Origin: the human T2T-CHM13v2.0 reference genome, Homo sapiens
Reading direction: 5' to 3' (one strand)
Assembly (NCBI RefSeq): GCF_009914755.1
Contig: NC_060944.1
DNA: 64,000 nt
Position numbers and translations under genes: made by a program. Shown one piece after another: positions 1 through 14,511 of this stretch; within the stretch, counting starts at the first letter, position 1; each line of letters opens with the position of its first letter. The notes under the pieces are model-generated. The model ran no database searches and was not told the DNA's origin. It worked only from the letters and a program-made list of their open reading frames with translations.

Positions 1-1230
<1,230 letters not shown>

Positions 1231-1238
1231 CAACACAT

Positions 1239-1536
1239 GGCCAGGTGCAGTGGCTCACACCTGTAATCCTAGCACCATGGGAGGCCGAAGCAGGGAGACT
1301 ACTCGAGGCCAGGAGTTCTAAACCTGCCTGGGCAACATAGCGAGACCCCATCTCAACAACAAAAAAATTTTAAATTAGCTGGGTGTGGTGAGGGGTGCCT
1401 GTTGTCCCAGCTACTTGAGAGGCTGAAGCAGGAGGACTGCTTGAGCCCAGGAAGTTGAGGCCGCAGTGAGCTAAGATTGCCACTGCACTCCAGCCTGAGC
1501 GACAGAGCAAGACCCTGTCTCAAACAAACAAACAAA
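1239..1536 (+). mobile_element. AluJ
   Basis: Diverged dimeric Alu with J-type GGAGGACTGCTTGAGCCCAGG and GGGCAACATAGCGAGACCCC. Confidence 0.9.
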
Positions 1537-1989
1537 TAGCACATATGTACACATAAAATTGCCTGCGGCTTGTCTGGCTCTCTCATAAACTGTGAGCTCT
1601 CTGAGGACAGGACCGGAACACATTTTCCCTGAATAAAGTGAGCACATTTCCAGCCCCGAAGCCTGAGCCGCTGTGTCCCACATCCCATTCAGGAAGAGGG
1701 GGTTGTCCTAGAAGTAGCAGATCTGACTCAAAAACTCAAGGCAGGAGGGGTAACAATGCCAGAGAGAGAAGTAGCAGGGTAAGGAGGAGAAAGAAGGAAG
1801 AGGGAACGGAGCGAGGAGGAAAGGAATGAGAAATATAAAAATGGAGGAGTGAGGAAGGAATTCAGGAAAGACAAGGAATCCGCACAGGCAGAGACGCGGC
1901 TTTATCAGCTCTCTCCCTTCCAGCTCACTCCTCTCCACTCCCCCACAGAACTGCTCAGGCCATGTGTGCATTTGGCTCAGGACTCCAGT

Positions 1990-2520
1990 GCTGGTGCCAG
2001 AAGCATAAACCAGAGGGTGGGAGCTGCGTGGGGCCCAGACGAGGCGAGCCCTGTGGCCGGGCCCTCAGGACGTGGGGCCAGGCTGCTCCTCCCAGCCGCC
2101 CCGGGGGGGCAGGCCAAGAATTCTAGAAACCCTCTGCTGGGGAGAGCCCGAGGAGGCCCTGGCTGGGGTGACATCGGGAAAGCCCAGGGGGCCTGCTGCA
2201 GGCTGCGAGGAAGAAGGAGGCCGAGGTCATGGTGCAGAGGGCTGAGGAGGAAGTGAACCCCAGCTACAGGGTGCCCGGAAAGGGCTGGACCCACGGGGAA
2301 TGTTGTGGCGGGGACCACATTTGGAGCAGCTCGGGACACAAGGGGTTTTGTCCCAAAGGAGACTCTGAACAGAGCCGCGGGCCCCGTCCTGGGAAAGCCG
2401 CTTGAGGGCACACCTGGCTGCTGCGTCCCAGAACTGCTGACGTCACAGTCACCTGGGGCGGGGAGGGGACTGGCGAGCTGTACTGTTTTTTTAAGTTTCC
2501 AATGATTATAAAAAGCAGCA
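1990..2520 (+). promoter_or_regulatory. Candidate promoter/enhancer (GC-rich; ETS, CRE, GC box, TATA-like)
   Basis: Non-repetitive GC-rich stretch with many CpGs; GAGGAAGTG near 2248, TGACGTCA 2438-2445, GGGGCGGGG 2455-2463, CCAAT 2499-2503, TATAAAAA 2507-2514. Motif evidence only. Confidence 0.35.
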
Positions 2521-2544
2521 AATGTGGGAACCATTGAACTGGAT

Positions 2545-2892
2545 CAGGGTCAGCAAAACTTTTCTGTAAAGAGCCAGATGGTAAATATTTCAGGCATTTT
2601 AGGCCAGGATGGTCGGTCCCTGTCTCGGCGACTTGATTCTGTCGTTGTACTGAGAAAGCAGCCACATATGTGCAAAGGAATGAGCATGGCTCTATCTCGA
2701 AGAGACTTTTCAAAATTGAATTTCATTGATTTTTGAAATTTGAATTTTTTAAATTTGAATTTCTTGGAATTTTCATGTCATGAAACATTGTTCTGATTTT
2801 TTCCCCCAACCATTTAAAATATAAAAACCATCCTTAGCTCACACCTAGTGGTAGGCAGGATTTGGCCCAAGGGCTGTAGTTTGGTGATCATG
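2545..2892 (+). mobile_element. MER58B (hAT-Charlie MITE)
   Basis: CAGGGTCAGCAAAACTTTTCTGTAAAGAGCCAGATGGTAAATATTT start; AACCATTTAAAATATAAAAACCATCCTTAGCTC; GGCTGTAGTTTG end. Confidence 0.8.
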
Positions 2893-3884
2893 GTCAGGCC
2901 AGTTCTGCCATAAAGAAATCAGTGTGGAAGCAGAGTGATTGCTTAGAAACTTTTAGAGCAATCTGACATTGCTCTGGCACCCAATCAAGTGTCTGCTGGA
3001 CTCAACATGACCCAGGTGGGGCGACAGTGAACCCACAAGGTCAGTGACACATAGCGTGCTGCTTCATATGTGGTCAGTGATGGGTTGGAAATTTAAAAAA
3101 AAACAGGTCCTTTATACCCAGAAGGTTTGAAAAGTAGGGATCTCAAATCATTCCTTTGACCCCAGGGAGGGTTTGAATCTTCCCACCACAATCATACAAT
3201 CACCCTAAAATATATAGTTATAACTACAGCAGGCAAACAAAAATATACATTTTTTGTGCATAGGAAAAAAAAATTGAAAAGGACTATAGCAAACGTTTAG
3301 TGAAGATTCTTTGAGTAGAATGTCAATGCATTTTTCTTTCTTTATATTCATCTGTGTTTTCCAAGTTTTCTTTAACGAATATGTGTGAATTTTATAATTA
3401 AGAGTTTTATGTGTTTTCTTAAAAACAAGTGGCTTTTAAGAAATTCTCTGGAGAATAATTTCTCCATTGGACAATCCTTCCCAGTGTCTCCCAAGCGTTC
3501 GGGAAGTGCTTTTTCATATTTAATCCACTTTTAGAGAAGCAGGGAAGAGAAAGAAGAAAATGGAAAACATATGTTGTCCTTCTGACTGCAGAGCCCCAGT
3601 TCTTGTCGTTCATTGTTATTTTTAACATAAGACTCATGGGCAGTAGTGGGGGTGGGGCATCAAGGCTGGAGATGTCATGAATGGTCATGAGTCCATTGTC
3701 ACAGGACCGAAGTGAGTGGAGCCTCCTATGCTGACCTCTCAACTCTGGTGTCCCAGCAACCAGAGCCCAGTGTATGTCCGGTTGCTCAGGAACTGCAAGA
3801 AAAAGTGTGGGAGAAAGTTCACGGCAGCAGCACTTACTGCCAAGGAAAAAGCACAACTCTGAGTGCTGGGTATCATGGGCCTCA

Positions 3885-3985
3885 GTGGACCTGGGTTCGA
3901 ATCCTGACTTGACCACTTTTTCACTGAGAAGCTCAGGCAGAGCACTGACATTTTCTGAGCCTCAATTTCCTCCCCAAGATAAGGT
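3885..3985 (+). mobile_element. MIR fragment
   Basis: GACCTGGGTTCGAATCCTGACT...CTGAGCCTCAATTTCCTC core. Confidence 0.7.
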
Positions 3986-4344
3986 TGGGGGGTGGGGGGT
4001 GGGTAAACACACAACCCCCAAGCCGAGTGTCCCAGAGGCGAAGAAGACTGCTTGCATGAAAGCTCTTGACACTAGCAGACATTAAATCTGAGCTCTTCCT
4101 GGCTGCTCTGATGACCAGGGTCAAGGTCATCACCCCAGGCCAAGGGCAGGGCATAAACCTCTGCAACTTGGACTCAATCCTAGAAAAGACTTCAGCTGGA
4201 GAAGAAACCATTGCTGCTTTCTTTCTGGACTCCAGCCGTGTGTGACACACACCAGGGGCACCCATGTAACTGTGCATATACTTACGTCCCAAACTCAGCC
4301 CCAACCGGAGGCAGCCCAAGTTCAGGGTGTCCTTTGCTCATAAG

Positions 4345-4522
4345 CTGCACTGCCCAGGTCAGTAGCCATATGTGGCTATGTGTAAAGATTTAAATTAATT
4401 TGATTTAAATGAAATTAAACATTTAATTTATCGGTCACAGTACCCACATGTTGCGTGCTCAGCGACCACTCGTGGTGCAAGAACATTGCCATCAGTGCAG
4501 AAGGTTCTATCAGACAGCGCTG
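4345..4522 (-). mobile_element. MER3 (hAT-Charlie)
   Basis: GTAGCCATATGTGGCTAT, AT-rich centre, GAACATTGCCATCA...GTTCTATCAGACAGCGCTG terminus. Confidence 0.75.
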
Positions 4523-5399
4523 CTCGGTGGCTCAGTGCAGCTCCAGAAGACACCCCTAGAAAGTGCAGACTTCTGGTCATTTGCAAAAGTGTCCTCTCAT
4601 TTCTGCAATAACAACTTCACTATATAGGGAAACAGAAACCTATAAAAATGTCATCTAGTGTCTGGAGTATTTGTGGGATGTGCCTATGAGAAAGCAGCTC
4701 CCTGGGTGGGTGAGGTCTGGGGGTCCCCCTGCAAGCCTCAGGCCCTGAAGCTGAAAGAAGCTTCTGCTCACTGGCTGACTGCTGTTAACATACAGTCGAT
4801 AAAGAGATGGTGCTTCTTGTTTCTTTAAACAAAAACTGTTTTAAGGAATTCTTGTTTCAAAATGGCTTGGTGCTATTCACAGGAAGAAAAGAAAAAGGGC
4901 AGCCTTATGCAGTGAGGCTCTCTGGGAACCATAGCCAGGACAGCTCTGTGGGGGCCGAAACAAACTCAGGAGTCCCAGAACCTACAGAGTGGGGCTCCAC
5001 ATCCTCTATGCTCCAGCCCAGGCTCTTGGCGCCCAGAGGCCTGCTGTGGCTCGGCCGCATGGCAGGACAACCTGTCTCTATGGGGTGGATTTGCCTGGAA
5101 TGTGGATGGGATGGGCTTGTGCTGAGTTATAATAAACCTTCTCTCACTTCGCATCCAGCTCTGTTTGCCCAGCCTTCTCTAGAGAGCCTTTTGGAATCTT
5201 CTTTTCTATTGCAGCCCTGGCTCCTGCCACATGGAACAGTTTGAACAATCTATTCCAGCCTTAGATAGGCTGTGTTCCTCCCCCAGAAGGTGTAGAAGCT
5301 GCTGGCAGTGCCTACCCATGCCCTCAGGCCATGCCACATCAGGGAGCATGAACTCACTTTGGCTGCCAGCACCTGTGTCTCTTCTCCTGAGCTCACCTC

Positions 5400-5665
5400 A
5401 CCCACATGCAGATGTGGCCGTCCAGGGGTATCCAAATTGTGTGCAACAGTGGATGATAACACATGTGGCTACCCCCTCACCCCTTAGAGGAATAACTCAG
5501 GCATTGCCCCAGAGTCTGCAGCACTGGAGCCTTAGTCGCCCACGGTGGTCACATGATCAGTCCTGGTCTTTATACCATTACTTCCCGGGATCACCTCCCA
5601 AATCAAATGTTTATCTTCAACATTCTTGTTGTAGGGCTGCTTCTGGGAAAACCCCACTGACCACT
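5400..5665 (+). mobile_element. ERVL solo LTR remnant (LTR16/LTR33 group)
   Basis: 3' signature GGGATCACCTCCCAAAT...GGGCTGCTTCTGGGAAAACCC; 5' boundary uncertain. Confidence 0.55.
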
Positions 5666-6777
5666 AAAGCTCCAATTAACCTTAGGTTGGGTTCTGGGAG
5701 AAGCTAAGACTGAAGTGCACAAGAAAGTTCTAGAATCAAGTGAGAAATGTGTATTGAAATGGGAGGAGATGGCCTGTCTTTTGAAATCCACAGAGAAGAG
5801 GATCTGAGGGATTTCTCAGTGAAGGAGACCAGCTGCTTCTCTGTGGAGTTTGGAGCCGCTTATCCAGGGATCCTGAAGACTCAAGAGGATCCCCAAGTTT
5901 CAAATATGCTCTTCCAGACACTCAGACTGGTAACCATGTAGTGGAATCTGCCTATACTTCTTCCAAATAATAGTCCTGGAGGGTTGAAAGGAACAAGAAA
6001 GGCGCACAAAATTCTCCCCTGTGAGGTCAGTTTCAAGCTCTCACCTAAGAGGGGCCTGGACTCCTAGCAGAGGCTCAGCCCACAGTGGTGCCAAGCCCAG
6101 GGGGGTGCTGAGCTGACAGGGGTGCCCAGCCGACAGGGGTACCCGGCCCAGGGGAATGCCCAGCCCTTGGGACCCAGGTCCAGTCATTGCTCCTCTGCCC
6201 TGTGTCAAGCAAGGGAGGCCCCTCAGGAGGCCTGGTGAGCACCAAGAACTCACTGGAAACCAGAAGGCTTGGGTGCCAAACACAACACATTGTGGTCTCA
6301 GGTGAGGATGGGGGAATGGGTGTCACAGGGAGGGAAGAGGCAGGCGCATCAAGTCCATCGCTAGTCCCTGTGCAGGAGGAGAGAGCAGGCTGCCATCACC
6401 CCATCTCTTCACCACAGAGACATGGTCCTCTTTCTGCCTTCTTCCTCTTTTTGGTGAGGCAGACACCCTCCCTGGGCTCAGTCAGAGCACCCCCCCCACA
6501 TCCCTTCATCCCTACAGCATACCAGGAAGGCAACTCACAAAGAGGCCACAGCGCCTGGGTACATCCACACCCCAGCCCAGTGCCCTCCTGAAACCAGGGA
6601 GCGCAGCCGTCCTCTGGTGGAAAACTGAGAACTTAAAAACGTCCTCATTGGCTGCATTTCCATGTCTCTGGAAAAGCATTCACAACCAACCCATGCTTGA
6701 GAGGAAGCTTTCATCCATAAATGCTAATAACAGCCTGAAGGCTGAATCCCAGGACCAAGGGTTTCCTCTCCTTGCAG

Positions 6778-6910
6778 AACCAAATTGTTATGTCTAATTC
6801 TCGGTTGACTTTTCCAGGCGGCTCCATGGTTCCTTCAGTGTGGTGGCACTGGTGGCCCGTGGGAGGCAGCTGGCTGACAGCACGGACTGTCTTTGAGCTG
6901 GAAGAGTCAG
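6778..6910 (+). other. Candidate internal exon of a non-coding transcript
   Basis: Acceptors TTTCCTCTCCTTGCAG (AG 6776-6777) and TTGACTTTTCCAG (AG 6816-6817, CTAAT branch-like at 6794); consensus donor CAG|GTGAGT at 6910/6911. No transcript evidence. Confidence 0.25.
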
Positions 6911-7074
6911 GTGAGTTGCTTGGTGTCTGGGAAAGGGGCTAGGTCTGATCAGAGAAGCAAGTCCTACCTGTGTTTACCTGCCTGGCCCCAGACCCTGCTC
7001 CCTCCTTTCCAGGGTCCACTGAGCACAGAGGAAATGGAGCCAGGTAGCTCGTTGCCTGGCTTATTGTGTTGTTT

Positions 7075-7770
7075 TGGCTTTTAACTTTTAATTTTAAATT
7101 AGTTTAATTTTAGATTTAGAGAAATGCTGCAAAAAATAGTACAGAGAGTTCCCTTATATTCTTCAGCCTGCTTCCCCTAGCATCTGACATAACCACAGCA
7201 TGATTACAAGAAAATTATCACCGGTGAATTGAAGTTAATGTTAGTTAACTAAATAGCAGGCCTTACTTAAATTTTACCAATTTTTCTGAAAATGCCCTTT
7301 TTCTGTTGCAGAATTTTATTCGTGATCCCATACTGCATTCATTGTTATTTTTTCTTTGTCTCCTGTGGTCTGTGACAGTTCCTCAGTCTTTTCTTGTCTC
7401 TAATGACTTTGACACTTTTGAGGAGTACTGGTCAGTAATTTTGTAGAATATCCCTCAGTTTGGGTTTGTTCAATGTTTTCTCATGATTGGAGTGAGAGTA
7501 TGCATTTTTGGCAAGAATACCATTAAAATGGTGTATGTCCTTATATCAAAGAGCTCACTACGTTAATGTGTCTTGTTACTAATGATGTTAACCTGATCAT
7601 GTGGCTAACTTGGTACCTACCAGGTTTCTCCACTATAAATGGACTAATATAATATATACTGTTTGGTGCCTTCTTTCTCAATAAATTTTTTAGATTCATT
7701 CATCCATAATGTTGCGTGTATTGTTTGTTCTTTTTTATTGCTGTAAAGTGTTCCATTGTGTGACTATACC
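7075..7770 (-). mobile_element. L1MC-type 3' fragment plus adjacent L1M piece
   Basis: AATAGTACAGAGAGTTCCC, GACACTTTTGAGGAGTACTGGTCAGT, TTTTGGCAAGAATACC, CAGGTTTCTCCACTATAAA. Confidence 0.75.
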
Positions 7771-8021
7771 AGCACCTCTCTCACCTCCAGGACAGGTGAG
7801 GAACATCAGCTATCTTTCTCTCCATTGCCTACAACAGTATTTGCATTGGTACCACTGAGTACAATTATATGGTGCACAACTAGTGCAGCTACACATGGCA
7901 AGCTGAAGTCCAAGGACTGCCTGAATCACAATGCAAGTTCTCAGATTTCTTTACCCCCAGAGAATTGATTCTATTGCACGCCGTCATTTGGGAAACTCAG
8001 GGTGAAGTACACACTCTAGCA

Positions 8022-8907
<886 letters not shown>

Positions 8908-9111
8908 CATAATTATTTTTATGGATTATTTATTTCTTGTTATTAATATTATAATACTACTCATTAGCTTTGCAGCCTCCATCTCTGAGGGCATGGTTTG
9001 AATGAGCGTGTATCCCTAAGAGCTGCCAGCAAACGGAAGAAGAGTTCCTGCACCTCTTGGTGCCTGAATGGTCCAGGGTCACCAACAAATAATAATACTC
9101 ACAGCATGGGT

Positions 9112-9144
9112 TGTTCGTCAGGATTCTACAGAGACATAGAACCA

Positions 9145-9184
<40 letters not shown>

Positions 9185-9496
9185 GTATGCATGTGTGGAG
9201 AGAGGAGGAGAGAGAGAGAGAGAGGGGCTTATTTTAAGGAATTGGCTTATGTGACCGTGGAGGCTGGCAGAACTCCCTCTTCCTGCAGGGAGTCAGTCTT
9301 TTTTCTTTGAAGGCCTTCAACTGATTGGATGAGGCCCACCCACATTATGGAGGGCAATCTGCTTTCATCAAAGTCCACTGATATAACTGTTACTCTCACC
9401 TAAAAGAAATTACCTTCACAACATCTAGACTAGTGTTTGACCAAATATTTGGATGCCGTGGCCTAGCCAAGCTGACATATAACATTAACAATCACA
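9112..9496 (-). mobile_element. MLT2 (ERVL) solo LTR
   Basis: TTTTAAGGAATTGGCTTATG, CTGATTGGATGAGGCCCACCCACATTATGGAGGGCAATCTGCTTT, terminus AAGCTGACATATAACATTAACAATCACA. Confidence 0.85.
9147..9180. repeat. (TG)17 microsatellite inside MLT2
   Basis: Perfect TG run. Confidence 0.97.
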
Positions 9497-9528
9497 GAGG
9501 GCTACAGTTTGTGGTCCCCCTTCACATA

Positions 9529-9860
9529 CAGAGGTTGACAACTCGAAAGCCCTACAGCAGTCAGTGCAGATAAAAATGGGGGGGTGGGCTCACCAGGCGG
9601 ACTTGCCTTGGGGCGTAGGGGGACTTGGGCTGCCTGGCAGTCCCTGCATCGAGTCATGGTGGCCCATGCTTGGACCTAGGCCAAGACATATCAGGACTGC
9701 CAGACAGTATTATTTCAAATAATGCCAAAATCTGAATTTCTACGTGGAAGTTTCTATTTCTTTAATACTGGCAACTAGTTAAATGTTTTTAATTGTGTGC
9801 AGGACAAATGCACAAACCCAAGGGAAAGACGTGCCCTTGGGCAGCCCATTTGCGATCATG
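9529..9860 (+). mobile_element. MER102-like (hAT-Charlie)
   Basis: CAGAGGTTGACAACTC start; TACTGGCAACTAGTT...GCAGCCCATTTGCGA end. Confidence 0.55.
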
Positions 9861-9992
9861 ACCTACGCGATCTTACTAAATCTGTCAGCTTCCTTGTTTA
9901 AGGTATTCACAGAGCTTCTAGTCATAAAAATTGTAGTTTTGTAGGGGCGTTAGTGAGTTCTTTGAAAGCAGGATTTCTCTGCAGATCCGGAG

Positions 9993-10171
9993 CAGTGCTT
10001 CCCACTCTTTAGCATGGATCAGAATCCCGGGAGGGCTGTGAAACAGCCACCACACCTCACCCTCATTTCTGATTCAGTGGGTAGGGGTGAGCACAGAAAA
10101 TCTGCTTTTCTAACAAGCTCCCAGGAGGTACTGATGTTGCTGGTCCAGGGACCAGGCTTTAAGAACTTCTG
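9993..10171 (-). mobile_element. MER5A
   Basis: TTTCTGATTCAGTGGGT, TTTCTAACAAGCTCCCAGG, CTGATGTTGCTGGTCCAGGGACCA. Confidence 0.8.
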
Positions 10172-10454
10172 GTCTAGAGGGGAAAAAAGAACACGGGTGG
10201 ACAGCAAGGAGAAGACATGGTGACAAGACAGGGCAGATCCTGCAGGAGGAGGAGCCGGGGGTATTGCTTTGGATTCACCACCATCCTCAGTCCTGTCTGC
10301 CTCCTTTTCTAACATCCTGATCTTCACATCTCCACCAGGATAGTGAGCTCTGTAGTAGAGGCATCTTCTATAAGATGCTTTACCCATGAAGGACACTCTG
10401 AGGCCCGAGGGGCCTGAGAATGAGTCTTCTTATTTCATCTTTGTGAAAGATGAT

Positions 10455-10858
10455 ATGGATAATGGTGATGGTTACACAACCATATGAGTGTGCTTAATGC
10501 CACTGAATTCCACACTTAAAAATGGTTAAAGTGGGGCCAGGCACGGTGGCTCACACCTGTAATCCCACTTCGGGAAGCTGAGGCAGGTGGATTGCTTGAG
10601 CCCAGGAGTTTGAGACCAGCCTGGGCAACATAATGAGACTTCATCTCTACAAAAAAAAATACAAGAGTTAGCTGGGTGTGGTGATGCATACCTGTGGTCC
10701 TGACTACTCAGGAGGCTGAGGCGGGTGGAGGCTGCAGTGAGCCGTGATGGTGCCACTGCACTCCAGCCTGGGTGACAGAGAGAGACCCTGGCTCAAAACA
10801 AAACAAAAAGGTTAAAATGGTGAATTTTATGTTATGTGTATTTTACTACAATAAAATA
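10455..10858 (+). mobile_element. L1MB/ME 3' end, split by AluJ
   Basis: GGTGATGGTTACACAAC...CTTAATGCCACTGAATT...AATGGTTAAA then ATGGTGAATTTTATGTTATGTGTATTTTACTACAATAAAA. Confidence 0.8.
10535..10809 (+). mobile_element. AluJ with right-arm internal deletion
   Basis: GGAGGCTGAGGCGGGTGGAGGCTGCAGTG lacks the usual intervening segment; TSD GGTTAAAGTGG/GGTTAAAATGG. Confidence 0.88.
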
Positions 10859-11119
10859 TATGTTCTATGCTTAGAGATATGTATATTTGTAAAGCCCTGG
10901 AGTAGACCCAAATCAGCAGCATAGATGCCGAGGGACCGACAGGATTTGCGCTGGGAATGTGCCAGAAGGAAGAAACCCTTGAGCTCACCTAGCCATTCTG
11001 CAGATGAGCTGACTGAGGTCCAGGGCGGTCACCTTTGCTGTCAGCACTGGAACCTCAGGTGCGTCCTCACTGAGCATCTGAGGACATTGCCAGGTACCTG
11101 TTCATAAGAACCCTCCAGA

Positions 11120-11586
11120 AAGGGCTGAATAGTGCTCCCTTCCCAAACACAAGGGATATGTTCATGTTCTAAAGCCCAGAACCTGTGAGTGTGACCCTAT
11201 TTGCAAAACAAGGACTCTGCAGATATAATTCAGTGAAGGGTGCCAGGATGAGATCATCTTGGATTATCCAGGTGGGCCCTAAATCTAGCAATAAATGTCC
11301 TCATTAGAGATACGCAGAGGAGAGACTCATAAGTGAGAGGAGAGAGGGCTTGGGAAGATGGAGGCAGAGAACAGACTGATGCAGCCACAAGCCAAGGAGC
11401 ACCCGGGGCCACTAGAAGCCGGAAGAGAAAAGGGGAGATCCTCCCCGGAGCTTGTGGAGGGGCACGGCCTACCTGACACCTTGACATTGGACTTCTGGCC
11501 CCCAGAGCCATGAGAGGATGAATTTCTGTGTTGTTGGCCACACGGTTTGTGGTGGTTTGTCACAGCAGTACTGGAAAACAAATGAC
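11120..11586 (+). mobile_element. MLT1C-like MaLR solo LTR
   Basis: AGAACCTGTGAGTGTGACC, GATGAGATCATCTTGGATTATCCAGGTGGGCCCTAAAT, GCCACAAGCCAAGGAG, GGACTTCTGGCC, TTTGTCACAGCAG. Confidence 0.85.
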
Positions 11587-13230
11587 CTCCATAAATGGCT
11601 GAAAACTGAAGGGAGGAGAAGGGGAAGGTGCTGGTGGAGATGGCAAGTACTGTGGAAATAGACTCATCCTGTCTGGGCTTCTCAAACCAAAGCTGGCCTC
11701 TCCAACAATGGCAAGATAGTCAGTGTATTCTCAGGGTGTCATCTTGACACTCCTCCAAACTCTTGCCCCCAAGTCACTTGACTCGACCTCCAAATGGCTC
11801 GCTGGAAAGCCGGCTGGGAGCAGAACTCTTACCTCCAAGCAGCTGCCCCATATATACCACCCCAGGCCCCTAAGAGGCTGAAGCTGAAATCCCCAACCCA
11901 CCCTTGGTGGGCTCTGTGACGCCCATAGGAAAAAGAGTGGAAAATCCTACAGAATTCCTGTGCGATCACAGTAGGGTGAAGTCCTGCCTCCACTGGCCCA
12001 CCCAACCCAAATGGAAGTCAAGTGATGGCAGTAAGGGACACCCCAGCTCCCCTGCAGGAAACAGGATTTGCCCTGCTGAAATGCGTGGCCCTGCCCTGCC
12101 CAGCTGGGGTCTAACAGAGGCTTCCCTCCAAGGCCGAGAGTCAGAAGTCCAGCACTGCTCTCTGCCGCTCTTGGCTGCGGTGCCAGCAGGTCTCCCCAGC
12201 ATCCTGCCGGTCTCTGCCCTCCTCCAGGCACAAACCAGGGTCTCCACAGCTAAGCCAACGTGGGATTGGTCTTCTCCAGGCTAATCCAGCTGAACCACCC
12301 CCTCTGAATTAGAAAGGGCCCCAGGCCCCACGTCTAATTGGACACTCACAATGACCAGAAAATCAGGAAGAATGAACCCCAAAGTGCTCACAAATGCCCC
12401 ATTCTCCGCTCCCCAAGGAGGCCCTGTCCACAAACAAATGGGCAAGCAACAGGCCCTTTCCCCAACCTCCTGGTGGGATGATGCCCTGGCGACGCCACAC
12501 ATTCTTTCTTGCCCAGACGCGGTTACCTCATGTGCCCAGCATTTCCTATGAAGAGGAAAAAGCCATCCCAAGCCCATCTCAGGAAACATGATCTCTGGCC
12601 AGAGAGGCAACAGTCTGAGAGGACCAGGCTCCTGCCACATTGTCCCCAGAAGGCAAGGGAAACCCTGGGCTCTAAATCCACAGCCCCCACCTGAAAACAA
12701 AAATCAAAACCCCACTGATTTTGAAAAGAATTTCCTATCCCCAGAGTTTCTCTCTTTCTTTGATTCTTTACACTTTAACCAAATATCTTTTGCATTTATT
12801 ATTTGACTGGGAGACACATGCCTCCCAGGGAAGCACCCACCAATATCCAGCCTCCTGGCCTGTGCCCCAGTCAGTGCCATCCACACCCTTAGCCAGCCAG
12901 CAAGGGGGCAAACAGATCCCCCAGGCATGGACTTGAAGCTGCAGCCTGCGGTGTGAGATGTGGTTCTTGGATCAGAGAAAGCCACAGATGTACCCAAGAC
13001 AGGCATCTCATCTCCTCCTCCTGTCACTTGTCTCAGCCTGTCAGTGGCTCGTCATGAAGGGGGTCAGGAGGGGGCCCTGAAGCCACGCTGTCTCCCACCT
13101 GGATGGTCCCATGAGCAGCTGGAGTCCCTAAATCCAGCATCCTAGTGGTCTCCAGGCTCTGCAGCCATTTGTCTTTGGTCCAAGTTAGAAATGAGTTTGA
13201 GATACTACAGCACTGGTAGCAGAACTCTTA

Positions 13231-13464
<234 letters not shown>

Positions 13465-13539
13465 TAAGCTTGGAGGGATCCCGTGTGGTGGCCCTGGGCT
13501 CCGGCCCTGGCTCAGTCACGGCAGCTGTGCAGGCAGGCC

Positions 13540-14488
13540 TAGCTCACGGGTCCAAATGGCGGCCCATGTGCCATATGTCTGAGTATTTAAACACTATAAA
13601 TCAAGCAAACAAACTGTTCAATAAAATATGTTCCATGCTCCTACTTTGACATATATGACCCATGAGGCTGGATTTGAGTTCAGGATTCTAGGGCTCTGCA
13701 CGGTTCTACTCCAGAGTGTGGCAGTCTAAGAAGAGTTCACCCTGGCCATGGCCTGGCCTCTTACCTGTCCCACAACAATTCTGTCTGGCATTGCAGGGGG
13801 TCTTGTGTGCATGCACACAGATACTCAGCCTGAAATCCAAGTCCCATCCACATGTCCACGAAGAGCTACCACTTGATAGCTCCTGCACCTACCTGCTCTA
13901 GTCTCAGGTCACTTTTGGGGGGACACACCTAGAAACAAGACCAACATGGGTCCTGGGAGGAGGCTCCTAACCATTTGGGCAGAAAATCCAGGGTTGGGCT
14001 GGGCATGGTGGCTCCTGACTATAATCCCAGAACTTTGTGAGGCCAAGGCGGGAGGACTACTTTAGCCCAGGAGTTCCAGACCAGCCTGGGCAACATAACG
14101 GGACATTATCTCTATAAAAAAATTTTTTTTAAATTAGCTGGGCATGGTGGCATGTGCCTGTGGTCCCAGCTACTCAGGAGGTTGAAGTGGGAGGATCACT
14201 TGAGCCCAGGAGGTCAAGGCTGAAGTGAGCTATGATCACACCACTGCACTCCAGCGCACGCAACAGAACAAGACTGTATCTTAAAAAAAAAAAAAAAAAA
14301 ATTCCAGGGCCCCAGGTACATGAAATATGGCCCAGAAGGTCTCAGGCCCTGAGTAGACATGATCCCACAGCAACCAGACTCCTCAGTCTGTGGGGAGGGG
14401 CAAGGCCAGAGGAGGGCCAGAGAAGGGCCCTCTACAGTACTGGGTGCGGGGTAGGGCCCCCTACTTGTGAGGGTCTAGGGCTGTATTG
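13540..14488 (+). mobile_element. MER115-like (hAT-Tip100), split by AluJ
   Basis: CCATATGTCT...ATAAATCAAGCAAACAAACTGTTCAATAAAATATGTTC and GGCCAGAGGAGGGCCAGAG...GGGTCTAGGGCTGTATTG match my recall of MER115. Confidence 0.65.
13997..14300 (+). mobile_element. AluJ
   Basis: Full-length Alu with poly(A); TSD AAAATCCAGGG/AAATTCCAGGG. Confidence 0.92.
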
Positions 14489-14511
14489 GTATGACCTTGG
14501 GATGCTCTCAG

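Noticed and set aside
2117-2129. Heat-shock element GAATTCTAGAA
   Set aside because: Spacing gives only two correctly phased nGAAn units
1849-2534. 135-185 aa ORFs in the GC-rich block
   Set aside because: Present on both strands with no homology I recognise; explained by GC content
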